The notes beneath the pieces are model-generated. The model did not search any database. It was not told the origin of the DNA and worked only from the letters and a program-made list of their open reading frames with translations. Positions 8,638 to 18,559 of a stretch of DNA of 64,000 nt are shown here, piece after piece; the stretch's first letter is position 1; each line of letters starts with the position of its first letter. Where the stretch lies: the IMG/VR virus record IMGVR_UViG_3300024348_000004. One strand, written 5' to 3'. The position numbers were made by a program, and so were the translations under genes. The stretch comes from a virus.

Positions 8638-8811
8638 ATGGGAACAGAATTAATACTTGTACACATAGTGTTTATTGCATCATGTGTGTTCTTCAGTTAC
8701 AAAAGTGGCGAACACAGTGGTAGACAGAAAATGTTACAAGACCTACTTGACTCAGAAGTTTTAACAATTGAAAGTTTAGAAGCACTCTACGGAAGTGACC
8801 TAGACAAATAA
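8638..8811 (+). CDS. Small membrane-anchored protein, 57 aa
   Basis: Read manually; AAGGAG RBS; MGTELILVHIVFIASCVFFSY. Confidence 0.55.
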   Translation: MGTELILVHIVFIASCVFFSYKSGEHSGRQKMLQDLLDSEVLTIESLEALYGSDLDK

Positions 8812-8825
8812 CAACAGGATTAATA

Positions 8826-10109
8826 ATGAAAAAAATACTTGGAATTAATATTTCACACGATGCCGCCATTGGTACCGTGGAAGGGACTAAGGTAACTGGT
8901 TCGTTTGACGAGGCAAGATACCGCAGAGATAAGTACTGGTGTCCCGATTTCGACCCCGACAATGATGAGACGTGTCTGTTCGACAGCATAGATGTTCGTG
9001 CTGGAGATGTCCATGACTGGGATGAAATTATATTCGCCTCTTTTGATAGACGAAATTGTGCTGTTACAATCACCCCCGATACAAAACACCCTTCCAACAA
9101 ACACTCTATTCAATTAGATAGATTGAAGACAAGAGAATTTTTGCAAGACTTACAAGCGTCTCCATTAGGTGTATCACGTCTAGAAGAGTTGCAAGAGAAG
9201 TGGGGTAAAAAAGCAATTGACTTTAGACATGAAAACGAAAATGCAGATGATGATGTCATCGACCAAATTCGTAAACATCAAATTGATAATCGTGCTTGTT
9301 ACTTTGTAAGAGAACATCATCACCTGTATCATGCATATAATGGATATGCTCTATCACCTTTCTTTGACAAAGGTAAAGGTGCTATCACTATAGTGTGGGA
9401 TGGCGGTGGTGGTCAACCATTGTATAATGAATATCCAGGCTATCAAGAAATTGAATCAATTTATTATAGTGACCCATCAAGAATGGGGGAACTTAAATGG
9501 CAGAAATTATCTAACATTAGAATGATGGATGATTTGCAAACACAGTATTTCCCGAACGAGATGTCGCAGTCTACTTGGACTATAGAAGATAAGACAATCA
9601 ACAAGAAGGACGATAATTTTAATTCATCTCCAGTAGAGTATGTTCTCACATCTAAACCATCTAGTGGTATGAACTTTAGTAATATTAGTTCCGCTCTTGG
9701 AACAGATGAAGAAGGACGTGCTGCTGGTAAAGTTATGGGTATGGCATCGTACTCACCAGTAGATGCTACGTTTAACGTACACAACAAATATTCAGTTGCA
9801 CAACTAGTTGAACGAACTTCGTTTGAGGAGTCATGTAAACTAATTGACAAAGCAATAGAGATGTTCCCGAAGTGTAAGAACATAGTGTTGAGTGGTGGGT
9901 ATTCTTTGAACTGTACAAACAATTACAAGTACTTAGAAAAGTATCCCGACCATCAATTCTTTGTTGACCCTATCCCACATGATGGTGGTACAGCAACAGG
10001 TGCTGCTCTTTGGTTAGAAGAACACTTGAGGCACGAACAGTTAGGATTAGTAACAAATGGTGGATTGGGCGATACAACTGCCGATTTAGAAACAGTAATA
10101 GAGGATTAA
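8826..10109 (+). CDS. Carbamoyltransferase N-terminal (Kae1-like) domain, NodU/CmcH family
   Basis: 'ILGINISHDAA', 'HHHLYHA', 'DGGG', 'GKVMGMASY', 'LSGGYSLNC', 'PHDGGTATGAA'. Confidence 0.85.
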   Translation: MKKILGINISHDAAIGTVEGTKVTGSFDEARYRRDKYWCPDFDPDNDETCLFDSIDVRAGDVHDWDEIIFASFDRRNCAVTITPDTKHPSNKHSIQLDRLKTREFLQDLQASPLGVSRLEELQEKWGKKAIDFRHENENADDDVIDQIRKHQIDNRACYFVREHHHLYHAYNGYALSPFFDKGKGAITIVWDGGGGQPLYNEYPGYQEIESIYYSDPSRMGELKWQKLSNIRMMDDLQTQYFPNEMSQSTWTIEDKTINKKDDNFNSSPVEYVLTSKPSSGMNFSNISSALGTDEEGRAAGKVMGMASYSPVDATFNVHNKYSVAQLVERTSFEESCKLIDKAIEMFPKCKNIVLSGGYSLNCTNNYKYLEKYPDHQFFVDPIPHDGGTATGAALWLEEHLRHEQLGLVTNGGLGDTTADLETVIED

Positions 10110-10111
10110 TT

Positions 10112-10735
10112 ATGAAGACAGCAATTATTAGAGATTTAGATGAGGTCATCGACCTTATAGTCGGCAAGGCACAAATTGTCGCCATCTTCCAAGGTGAATC
10201 AGAATGGGGCCCACGTGCTCTAGGCAACAGGTCTATTATGTTTGACCCTAGACATCCCGAAGCAAAACAAATCGTCAACAACGTCAAGAGGCGTGAGTAC
10301 TATCGACCTTTCGCTGGAAGCATCATGTTAGAACATGCTGAAGAGTATTTTGAAATGCTACAGTTAAAAGAATCCCCATGGATGTCATTCGCTATCAAAG
10401 CAAAAGACAAAGCATACAAAGACATCCCAACACTAGTACACGCAGATGGTACATGTAGAATTCAAACTGTTACACGTGAACAGAACAAGAACTACTATGA
10501 CCTTATTGAGAAGATGTATGAAGCGACTGGTGTACCAGTTATCTTTAACACTTCATTTAACTTAGGTGGTGAACCATTAGTTGAAACTATTGAAGATGCA
10601 ATCAATACTTGTAACAAGTCAGAGATTAATTTTTTATATGTTCCCGAAGACGAAGATATACATATTCCGTTTGAATCATTACATCATAAAAACATGAGTG
10701 AAATTATTGAGGCGAATAAGAGCGAGATAGCCTAA
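10112..10735 (+). CDS. Carbamoyltransferase C-terminal (YrdC-like) domain
   Basis: 'EWGPRALGNRS', 'KRREYYRPFA', 'HADGTCRIQTV', 'NTSFNLGGEPLVET'; GAGGA RBS. Confidence 0.9.
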   Translation: MKTAIIRDLDEVIDLIVGKAQIVAIFQGESEWGPRALGNRSIMFDPRHPEAKQIVNNVKRREYYRPFAGSIMLEHAEEYFEMLQLKESPWMSFAIKAKDKAYKDIPTLVHADGTCRIQTVTREQNKNYYDLIEKMYEATGVPVIFNTSFNLGGEPLVETIEDAINTCNKSEINFLYVPEDEDIHIPFESLHHKNMSEIIEANKSEIA

Positions 10736-10743
10736 ATATTTTA

Positions 10744-11070
10744 ATGATTGAAGTAACGGATATTGCCATACAAAAACTTATCGAAAAACAAGTTGACAAA
10801 GTTAGACTTGGAGTTACTGGCGGTGGATGTAGCGGATACGAATATGTCTTTATCAGAGACGAATATAAAGACGGTGACCTAGAAATAGATTACGGTAAGT
10901 TTAAATTTTTGATAGATACAATGAGTCAACCATTTTTAAATGGAATGACATTAGATTATGAAAAACAAGGATTGAATGAAACGTTTACGTTTCAGAATCC
11001 TAATGAAGAAGCCAGTTGTGGTTGTGGAGTGAGTATTACATTTAATGAAGACATCATCAGCAAAAGCTAA
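10744..11070 (+). CDS. iscA: Iron-sulfur cluster assembly accessory protein (HesB/IscA)
   Basis: 'GGGCSGYEY', 'NPNEEASCGCGVS'. Confidence 0.9.
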   Translation: MIEVTDIAIQKLIEKQVDKVRLGVTGGGCSGYEYVFIRDEYKDGDLEIDYGKFKFLIDTMSQPFLNGMTLDYEKQGLNETFTFQNPNEEASCGCGVSITFNEDIISKS

Positions 11071-11428
11071 AGGAAGAAAACTTCAACAGTGGTTTGCCAA
11101 ATTAATGGTAGACACTCTTAACCTCCATGAGGAAGACATAGAGTCGAGACCTATGGGTTCACAAGGGGAAGACATTATAATGGGAAGAGAGTCACGAGAG
11201 AAGTTCCCATACAGTATTGAGTGCAAGAACCAAGAAGCAGTGAACGTATGGAAAGCATATGAACAAGCAGAAAGTAATTGTGGTAAGTACGAACCCTTAG
11301 TTGTGATTAAGAGAAATAGAAGTAAACCATTAGTAGTGATTGATGCTGAACACTTCGTTACATTACATAAAAAACAGTTGACTCCATTAGAGTTACAACA
11401 AATAGAAATTGGAAAAGATATTAGATGA
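11045..11428 (+). CDS. PD-(D/E)xK nuclease, Holliday-junction-resolvase-like
   Basis: 'KAKGRKLQ', 'GEDII', 'SIECKNQE'. Confidence 0.7.
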   Translation: MKTSSAKAKGRKLQQWFAKLMVDTLNLHEEDIESRPMGSQGEDIIMGRESREKFPYSIECKNQEAVNVWKAYEQAESNCGKYEPLVVIKRNRSKPLVVIDAEHFVTLHKKQLTPLELQQIEIGKDIR

Positions 11429-12804
11429 AATCATTTAATGAAATAACAGAAGCAAGAGATGAGGATAATAAAAAACCATATCGTTTGGTAGTCCTTGTCG
11501 AGCGTCCTAAGAAAATTGCTCAGGATGGCACTTCTGCAAAACTAGTATCCAAGGCAGAGAAGTTAGGAGTAGAATGCTACAACTGTAGAATTAATGGTGC
11601 TTACATTATCAGAGAAGACGATGGTAAGATTACAATTCATAACGAAGGCGATGACAAGGGTTTTGAATTAGACGAGGATACAATCGTTTTCATTCGTGGT
11701 GATGTCACTAAGAAAGATTCCTACATGGATTTGATTTCTCAGATAGAGAGATATGGTATCCCATGTAATAACACACGTGAGTGTATCGAAGTGTGTTGTG
11801 ATAAGTTTAGAACTTATCTAAGATTACAAGAGATTGGTATGAACCAACCTAAGACTGTATTGATTCCAAACGATACACCCGAGGCAGTTGATGCTGCCCA
11901 TGAAGCACTAGATAATAAATTCCCAATGGTACTTAAAACACTTAGTGGTTCAAAAGGTGTTGGTGTGCTATTGATTGAAACTGAAAGAAGTTTACAATCA
12001 CAGATTAGTTTGATTTATAAGATTGACCCCTACACTGATATTCTATTACAAGAATACATTGAGTCCGACTATGACGTAAGATGCGTGATAGTGAACCAAG
12101 AAATTGTTGGTGCAATGAAACGTAATAAGATTACAGACGACTTCAGAAGTAATGCATCACAAGGTGCAACAGTTGAGTTGATTGAAATGACTGAACTGGA
12201 AAAAGAAGAATGTCTTAAAGCTGCAAAAGGTGTGAACGGTCAATGGGTTGGAGTGGATTACATTCCTGCTAATAAGAGAGATAAAGATGCACCTTATATT
12301 CTTGAAGTCAATCATAGTGCTGGTAGTAAAGCAATCTCTGAAGCAATCGAAGAAGACATTACTAAAATGGTTCTTAAACTTTACTTCGACAGAGACATGT
12401 GGAGAAAGGAACCTAAACAGTGTGGAGTGTTAGAGTCCTTTATAGTTGACGGTCAAGAGATGACTGGTAAGTTGGATACAGGAAACTCTACTTCAGTATG
12501 TTCTTTACATGCAGAAGATGTGGAGATTAAAAACAAGAAAGTCACATGGAAACTAAATGGTGAGACACATACTAAACCATTACATAGAAGTGTCACATTA
12601 CAAAAACCTGCTGAGACAAGACCAGTAGTGTTAATGGATATAGAGTTTCTAAACACTGTATACAAAGACACTGAAGTGTCATTAGATTCAAGAGGCAGTA
12701 TCCCTCTTCTCATAAACCGAGACTTCATGTCTCGTGCAAATGTTATGATTAATTGTTCAAGAAAATTCATGCTAACAAACAAAGGCAAAGATATTTCAGA
12801 TTAA
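11425..12804 (+). CDS. rimK: RimK-family ATP-grasp ligase fused to RimB-like retropepsin protease
   Basis: 'CDKFRTY', 'PMVLKTLSGSKGVGV', 'QEYIE', 'FRSNASQG', 'GVD', 'LEVN'; C-terminal 'KLDTGN..CSLHA', 'RPVV'. Confidence 0.85.
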   Translation: MKSFNEITEARDEDNKKPYRLVVLVERPKKIAQDGTSAKLVSKAEKLGVECYNCRINGAYIIREDDGKITIHNEGDDKGFELDEDTIVFIRGDVTKKDSYMDLISQIERYGIPCNNTRECIEVCCDKFRTYLRLQEIGMNQPKTVLIPNDTPEAVDAAHEALDNKFPMVLKTLSGSKGVGVLLIETERSLQSQISLIYKIDPYTDILLQEYIESDYDVRCVIVNQEIVGAMKRNKITDDFRSNASQGATVELIEMTELEKEECLKAAKGVNGQWVGVDYIPANKRDKDAPYILEVNHSAGSKAISEAIEEDITKMVLKLYFDRDMWRKEPKQCGVLESFIVDGQEMTGKLDTGNSTSVCSLHAEDVEIKNKKVTWKLNGETHTKPLHRSVTLQKPAETRPVVLMDIEFLNTVYKDTEVSLDSRGSIPLLINRDFMSRANVMINCSRKFMLTNKGKDISD

Positions 12805-12808
12805 TCAC

Positions 12809-12838
12809 TTGACAATGGTAGTCACTTAATAGTATACT
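12809..12838 (+). promoter_or_regulatory. Early promoter
   Basis: TTGACA-atggtagtcacttaatag-TATACT. Confidence 0.8.
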
Positions 12839-12845
12839 CTTCATT

Positions 12846-13556
12846 ATGACACAAACAAATAAAATATCTGTACAAGAAAGAATGCGAATGAAAGCACTAG
12901 ATGCTTTTGATGAAGTAGAATTTCAAATCGACAAATACCTAGAGAATGGCAAGAACCCATTCAGTATGTACAAGTACTTGCAACAACTAGAGTATAGTGG
13001 AAAGGTTGTCGCCTACATGAAAGGTCTTACAAATGATTTGACCTTAGAGTTAAAGAATGAAGAAGGTGATGACCAATTAGATGAAGGGTATGATTTCTAC
13101 ACCGCCGCTCAAAAGAAAAAGTTTATTAAGTGGTTAGATAAAATTGAAGAAGACATTCAAAGATATTGCGATGAATACACACCAGTTCGTAAACCAAGAA
13201 AACCACAAACACCCGAACAGATGGTTAAGAAACTACCCTACTTAAAACAGTGGGAGAGTTACAAGAGTATCGAACCAGTAGAGATTATAAGAGCAAAAGG
13301 ATTATACACTTATAACACTTCAAGTAAAAAGTTTACTGCCTTCGAAGGGTATGGACTCAAAGTCAAAGGTTCTAAGATTATTGATTTTGATAAATGTTCA
13401 GAAAAGACCTTGACAGATAGCAAGTTACTTGATAGGCTAGTTAAAGGTGGTAATATAATTGCGAAAGGTTTCATTGATGAAATCCCTAGGTCTAAGTTGA
13501 AAGACGGAAACCCGCTCATTACCAAAAATACATTATTATTAAAAGTGATTAAATGA
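12846..13556 (+). CDS. Hypothetical protein upstream of rnh
   Basis: Long ORF directly after promoter; resembles the T4-like gene commonly found before rnh. Confidence 0.7.
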   Translation: MTQTNKISVQERMRMKALDAFDEVEFQIDKYLENGKNPFSMYKYLQQLEYSGKVVAYMKGLTNDLTLELKNEEGDDQLDEGYDFYTAAQKKKFIKWLDKIEEDIQRYCDEYTPVRKPRKPQTPEQMVKKLPYLKQWESYKSIEPVEIIRAKGLYTYNTSSKKFTAFEGYGLKVKGSKIIDFDKCSEKTLTDSKLLDRLVKGGNIIAKGFIDEIPRSKLKDGNPLITKNTLLLKVIK

Positions 13557-14386
13557 TACTTATAGACTTTACACAGACCATCATTGCTGGTCTAATGGCA
13601 CAACTCAAAATGAATGGTGGAGAAGTTTCAGAAGATATGTTAAGACATATGATTCTAAACTCAGTGCGAAACTATCAAAAGAAATATGCACGAGAGTACG
13701 GAGAGATTGTTCTTTGTACAGATGCTTCCCATACATGGAGAAAAGACTTCTATCCACTATACAAAGCGAATCGTAAGAAGACACGTGATGCATCTGATAT
13801 GGATTGGGGTATGTTGTTTGACACACTACAGAAAGTAAAGGAAGAGATTAGAGATAACTTTCCTTACAGGTATATGTACGTAGAGAAGTGTGAAGCGGAT
13901 GACATCATTGCAATATTAGTTAAACATGCAACAGAACCTGTACTCATTGTATCAGGCGATAAAGACTTTCAACAGTTACATCATTACGATGTGAAACAGT
14001 GGTCACCTAATCTAAACAAAATGATTCGTTGTGAAGACCCTAGTATGTTCTTGAAGGAACATATTCTAAGAGGCGACAAGTCAGATGGTATTCCTAATAT
14101 ACTATCTAACGATGATTGCTTTGATTTGGGTATCAGACAAACACCACTGAGAAAACCAGTACTCGAAAAGTACCTCAGAATTAGCATTGAAAAGGACGAT
14201 AAATACTATCGTAACTACTTAAGAAACCAAACTTTAATTGACTTGGATTTAATACCCGACCATATTGAAGAATCTATCTTAAGCGAATTTGACAAAACCA
14301 CGATAGTTAAGGGCAAAGTTTTTAACTATCTCGTATCTCATAGATTAAATGAGTTACTTAACCATGTAGAGGATTTTACATTATGA
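13553..14386 (+). CDS. rnh: T4-type RNase H (5'-3' exonuclease)
   Basis: 'MILIDF', 'WRKDFYPLYKANR', 'EADDIIA', 'SGDKDFQQL', 'GDKSDGIPN'. Confidence 0.95.
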   Translation: MILIDFTQTIIAGLMAQLKMNGGEVSEDMLRHMILNSVRNYQKKYAREYGEIVLCTDASHTWRKDFYPLYKANRKKTRDASDMDWGMLFDTLQKVKEEIRDNFPYRYMYVEKCEADDIIAILVKHATEPVLIVSGDKDFQQLHHYDVKQWSPNLNKMIRCEDPSMFLKEHILRGDKSDGIPNILSNDDCFDLGIRQTPLRKPVLEKYLRISIEKDDKYYRNYLRNQTLIDLDLIPDHIEESILSEFDKTTIVKGKVFNYLVSHRLNELLNHVEDFTL

Positions 14387-14901
14387 CAGAAGAAAAGAAA
14401 AGAGGGAGAGGAAGACCAGCAGGCGCTCCCAACAAACCAAAACTAAAACTGATTACAAAAAAGCAAGACTTGCTTCCAAGTGCGGATGCATATGAAATTT
14501 TTTGTCAAGCAGATATCGTTGCAAAGAAAGACCCTAAACTTGCAGTTCAAGGTCTCCAAGTATTTAACCAAAGGAATGCTTCAATTAAACCAATCCTTAT
14601 GTGGGTGTACAGAGACGACATTCAAAGTAAGTTGCCAGAAGGAACAACACCTTACAATGAAAATGGCGCTCCAGCATCCGACCTCACTGAAACCGCACTT
14701 AAGTTTGAACACAAGAAGTTTCAGTATTTCGTAACAGAACAAGTACCACCTGCTCGTAGAGAGACAATGTGGATTGAACTGTTAGAAGGCATTCCAACTA
14801 TGGAAGCAAAAATGATTGACTTAGTTAAAGACGGTACTTGGCCTTTCAAAAATGTAACAAAGGAAATCGCTAAAAATGCGTTTCCCGAGGACATAAGATA
14901 A
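14383..14901 (+). CDS. Conserved T4-like hypothetical protein with N-terminal AT-hook-like motif
   Basis: 'KRGRGRP'; 'LPEGTTPY', 'RRETMWIELLEGI'. Confidence 0.7.
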   Translation: MTEEKKRGRGRPAGAPNKPKLKLITKKQDLLPSADAYEIFCQADIVAKKDPKLAVQGLQVFNQRNASIKPILMWVYRDDIQSKLPEGTTPYNENGAPASDLTETALKFEHKKFQYFVTEQVPPARRETMWIELLEGIPTMEAKMIDLVKDGTWPFKNVTKEIAKNAFPEDIR

Positions 14902-14912
14902 CTAAATATTAA

Positions 14913-15012
14913 TGTGGTTCGAGACTATACATAAAGAACTAGAGAAGTTTATAAGACAAACTTCAATATGTAAACTTCTAGTCGCACACCGCCCCATGGG
15001 TTAACCCCCACA
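14913..15012 (+). promoter_or_regulatory. Structured 5' leader with alternative pairings
   Basis: Follows ACTAAATA (14901); GAAGTTT can pair with either of two AAACTTC copies; GACTA/TAGTC and TACATA/TATGTA helices. Confidence 0.45.
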
Positions 15013-15025
15013 AAAAGGATATATT

Positions 15026-16312
15026 ATGGCAGAACAAAATCAACCCCCATCACAGTTTGCTCAAGAGCAGGCCCCCGAAGTTTTAACTGAAACTCAACAA
15101 ATACAAAGAAGAGTCCAAGACTTTAAGGTACAACTCGCTCCGAAGTCAGCACAAGCAGTTAGTGGTATTCTAGAGAATGGTCTAGCGAAAGGACAATACA
15201 CTTTACAAGACTTAGATATGTTAGTTGTAATTCGTGAAGAACTTACAAAAGGTATTATTGACTTTAATACAACTGTTCAGATTGCTGAGGCGAGACTCAA
15301 AGAAATTCAACAAGAAGAGTACTTGCAGAGTGCTAACAAAGAAAATGAAATCAATCTAATGCATCAGCAAGCACTTGCAGATGAGAGAGTTGCAAGGAAG
15401 AAGGCGGAAGAGGAACTCAGAGTTCTCAAAGACATTTACGAGAGTCGTGTTAAGAACACCGCACCTGCTCCAGTTGAAGTAAAGGGCAATGCACCTAGTG
15501 TAACAGGTGAACCACCTGCAGAACGTCAACCAGCAGAACCACCAAAACCAACAGGTAAAACTTCCCCAGCATTTGCAGCTGCTCGTGCATTGAATCCTGT
15601 AACTGCAACACAATCACAGATTGATGAGTTCAAACCAAGTGGTACAACTACAGAAGAATTTATTGAGGAAGTTGAAAGAGTCAATGAAGTTGCTATCGCA
15701 GATGCACTTATCTCAGACGAACCAATCTCAGAAGATGAAGAGTTTGTAGAAAAGGTTGAAGAGACTAAGAAGTCCTTCGCAGAGTGGACAGAGGAAACAG
15801 TAACTGAAGAAGATTTTACTGAAGAAGAACAACTAGAGTTAGACATCGCAATTCAAGATGATATTGACGAACAACAGTTTAACGATTCATTTGTTAACCC
15901 AGTGACTGCTGGAAATGCTCCAAACATAAAAGCACAAATGCCTGAAACACAACAAGTGACTGCACCAGTAGATGCAAAATCATTTGACACTGAAGAAGAA
16001 TTACTCGCAGATATGCAAGAACGTATTGATGCATCTCAAGAAGAGGAATACGATGAAATTGTAATTCCTAGTTCAGACGAACTTCAAAGAATGACAAAGG
16101 CAAAGATTGTCGAAGTTGCTGATGTATTGAATGAGAAATTTAATGCTGGATTTAATGTGACTACAGAAGACACTAAGGCAAAGATGATTCTTGATTTCCA
16201 AGAACAGACTGATGTCTTAATTGCAAAATTGCAAGACACTGGCGAGTTCGTAAGTGCAGACAATGAGGGTGAAAATGATTCCACGGATGTCCGAGACGGT
16301 GGCTACTTCTAG
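15026..16312 (+). CDS. Highly acidic, partly coiled-coil hypothetical protein
   Basis: 428 aa; E/D-rich; Pro-rich linker. Confidence 0.75.
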   Translation: MAEQNQPPSQFAQEQAPEVLTETQQIQRRVQDFKVQLAPKSAQAVSGILENGLAKGQYTLQDLDMLVVIREELTKGIIDFNTTVQIAEARLKEIQQEEYLQSANKENEINLMHQQALADERVARKKAEEELRVLKDIYESRVKNTAPAPVEVKGNAPSVTGEPPAERQPAEPPKPTGKTSPAFAAARALNPVTATQSQIDEFKPSGTTTEEFIEEVERVNEVAIADALISDEPISEDEEFVEKVEETKKSFAEWTEETVTEEDFTEEEQLELDIAIQDDIDEQQFNDSFVNPVTAGNAPNIKAQMPETQQVTAPVDAKSFDTEEELLADMQERIDASQEEEYDEIVIPSSDELQRMTKAKIVEVADVLNEKFNAGFNVTTEDTKAKMILDFQEQTDVLIAKLQDTGEFVSADNEGENDSTDVRDGGYF

Positions 16313-16736
16313 AGACTCAGTAGTCTTACCTGTAGCAATCGGTCAAATAAGTAATCAATATGTAGAACACTTTGAGAATATCAGAGATGATGTTTTGCGT
16401 TTTAATTTACCCACAGAATACACAGTTAAACTAGGAACGAGATACGATACAGATGGTGTGTACTTATACACCAAGGATGATGTTATGCTTATCTCATCAC
16501 TAGACTTAGGTCTAGGACAAGGAACAGATAATATAAGACTCGGTACCTTCTTAGCAAAGTCAAAAGGAAATCCGACATCTTGTATACTTTCAATACATGA
16601 GGACGACCAGTGGTTAGCAGTTCCTAAACACTTTAGTCCATTCCAAGAAGGAGAGGAAATAAATTATGAATACATTGAACAACATGAAGAAGACGGTGAA
16701 TGGGTGGAACGACACCTTAGAATCACAAGGAAATAA
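16287..16736 (+). CDS. Hypothetical protein
   Basis: In-operon ORF; start uncertain. Confidence 0.6.
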   Translation: MSETVATSRDSVVLPVAIGQISNQYVEHFENIRDDVLRFNLPTEYTVKLGTRYDTDGVYLYTKDDVMLISSLDLGLGQGTDNIRLGTFLAKSKGNPTSCILSIHEDDQWLAVPKHFSPFQEGEEINYEYIEQHEEDGEWVERHLRITRK

Positions 16737-16739
16737 TAA

Positions 16740-17672
16740 GTGTCCGAAAATAGAAACATCCCAATTACAGCAGTTGACCAATATGATTTTCTCGAACATC
16801 GTAGAGGACAAGAACAGAAACACTGGCAGAGAAAGAAAGGCACTCTAACAGAACTTGACTCTATTCTTACTGTAGAGATTAACACCACAGAACTCTGTAA
16901 TAGAACATGTGTGTTTTGCCCAAGACATGACCCTAAAGTATTCCCCAATAGAAACTTACACTTAACCATTAAAGGTGCAACCACGATTGCAGAAGAACTT
17001 GCCGACAATGGATTCAACGGTAAGATATCCTTTAGTGGATTTGGGGAGAACTTATTGAATCCTAACTTTAGAGAAATCGTTAAGGTGTTTAGATACAACT
17101 TACCGTATGCAACACTAGAGTGTAACACTAACGGCGACAAACTAGATTCAGACTATGTCATAGGATTGTATAAGAGTGGATTAGATTTACTCTACATTAA
17201 TCTGTATGATGGCATTCATCAAATGGAAGGTTTTGATTTGATGATGGCAGAAGCAAGAGTGCATGAAGACCAATACAGATACAGAATGCATTGGGGTGAC
17301 TTTGAGAAACACGGACTGATACTAAACAACCGTAGTGGTGTAGTTGATTGGGTTGGTATCGAAGATGATAGCGTAGAGAATTTAAAAGGTAAACCATGTC
17401 ACTACCCATTCTATAAAATGTTTGTAGATTGGAACGGTGATGTGTTGTTCTGCTCTAACGATTGGGGTAGAGAACATGTCGTAGGTAATCTATTGACTAT
17501 GTCCCTACATGAAGTGTGGTTTAGCAAACCGATGACAAAGATTCGTAAGAGATTAATGAAAGGGAACAGAGAGATGTCCCCTTGTAACAAGTGTAGTGTC
17601 GATGGGAGTTTATTTGGTAAACAATCATTTGACCTAGTGAAGGAATATTATGAAAATCCTAATAACAGGTAG
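16740..17672 (+). CDS. Radical SAM protein with C-terminal SPASM/twitch domain
   Basis: CxxxCxxC (CNRTCVFC), 'SGFGE', 'NTNG', 'CHYPF...GDVLFC', 'CNKC'. Confidence 0.9.
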   Translation: MSENRNIPITAVDQYDFLEHRRGQEQKHWQRKKGTLTELDSILTVEINTTELCNRTCVFCPRHDPKVFPNRNLHLTIKGATTIAEELADNGFNGKISFSGFGENLLNPNFREIVKVFRYNLPYATLECNTNGDKLDSDYVIGLYKSGLDLLYINLYDGIHQMEGFDLMMAEARVHEDQYRYRMHWGDFEKHGLILNNRSGVVDWVGIEDDSVENLKGKPCHYPFYKMFVDWNGDVLFCSNDWGREHVVGNLLTMSLHEVWFSKPMTKIRKRLMKGNREMSPCNKCSVDGSLFGKQSFDLVKEYYENPNNR

Positions 17673-18222
17673 TACAGGTTTAGCAAGAAACATTAGTGAC
17701 ACTTTTACTTCCACACCAGTTGGTGGTGGAATGAATATCGTTAACGAAGCACGTATTGAAGATTTGATGCTTTGGGAAGACTGGGAATGGCAGGAATACG
17801 ATGTGTTTATCAACAATGCTTTCGGCGCTCCATTTGACCAGTGTGACTTACTGGAAAAATCTTTCAATGCATATCGATATGATATGAAGAAGATTATCAT
17901 CAACATATCTTCACGTGCCTCACAACCAAACATATCCAAAGGTTACAAGTATGCAGCTGCAAAAGCGGCACTCAACCACATGTCTAACAATTACACCTAC
18001 AATTCAGATAAGAAGTGTAAGATTACTACTATGAATTTAGGTTTAATCAATCATGAATTGCCTTCATTATCATATCAGTCAATCTCCAATGCTATTTGGT
18101 ATCTTACAACGTCATATCCCGATATTGAGATTCCCGAAGTGACTATGCAAGCACATGCAAACTATGAAGAAGTGCAGAGTGATAAAGAAACTCTCAGAGA
18201 CATGGAAAGATTTACTAAATAG
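17650..18222 (+). CDS. Short-chain dehydrogenase/reductase
   Basis: 'ILITGSTGLA', 'INNAF', 'INISS', YxxxK (YAAAK). Confidence 0.85.
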   Translation: MKILITGSTGLARNISDTFTSTPVGGGMNIVNEARIEDLMLWEDWEWQEYDVFINNAFGAPFDQCDLLEKSFNAYRYDMKKIIINISSRASQPNISKGYKYAAAKAALNHMSNNYTYNSDKKCKITTMNLGLINHELPSLSYQSISNAIWYLTTSYPDIEIPEVTMQAHANYEEVQSDKETLRDMERFTK

Positions 18223-18226
18223 TATT

Positions 18227-18475
18227 ATGAGTATAGAATATAACGATTTTGGGTTCACTGCTATTGATGCAGATGAACTCGCATCCATCGATACAAAGAT
18301 TGTTGAGAAAACAGTCGCATCCGCAACCGCCATTGCTAAGATGGACGATTTCATTCGTCCGCTTTTGGAGAATCTTATGAAAGATTCCGATAAAGACTAC
18401 ATCTACTGGCCCAATCGAGTTGAAATTCTTCGTAAGAAGTTAGACGAACTCGATGACATTCAAAAAAATTCTTAA
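18227..18475 (+). CDS. Conserved small T4-like hypothetical protein
   Basis: 'DFGFTAIDADEL', 'DYIYWPNR'; late-promoter box 5 nt upstream. Confidence 0.7.
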   Translation: MSIEYNDFGFTAIDADELASIDTKIVEKTVASATAIAKMDDFIRPLLENLMKDSDKDYIYWPNRVEILRKKLDELDDIQKNS

Positions 18476-18482
18476 AAACCCC

Positions 18483-18512
18483 TTTACATTGCCCCTCACT
18501 TTTGAGTAGAAT
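18483..18512 (+). promoter_or_regulatory. Early promoter
   Basis: TTTACA-ttgcccctcacttttgag-TAGAAT. Confidence 0.8.
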
Positions 18513-18559
18513 ACACAAGTTAGATAAATTAACTGTGTTTTTACCAAAAGGAGAAAAAA

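Noticed and set aside
10010-10111. Frameshift or pseudogene joining the two carbamoyltransferase halves
   Set aside because: Second half has its own GAGGA RBS and ATG (10112) right after the first stop; both motif sets are intact
15026-17672. RiPP cluster (acidic protein as precursor for radical SAM-SPASM)
   Set aside because: No leader/core organisation or RRE domain visible; adjacency alone is insufficient
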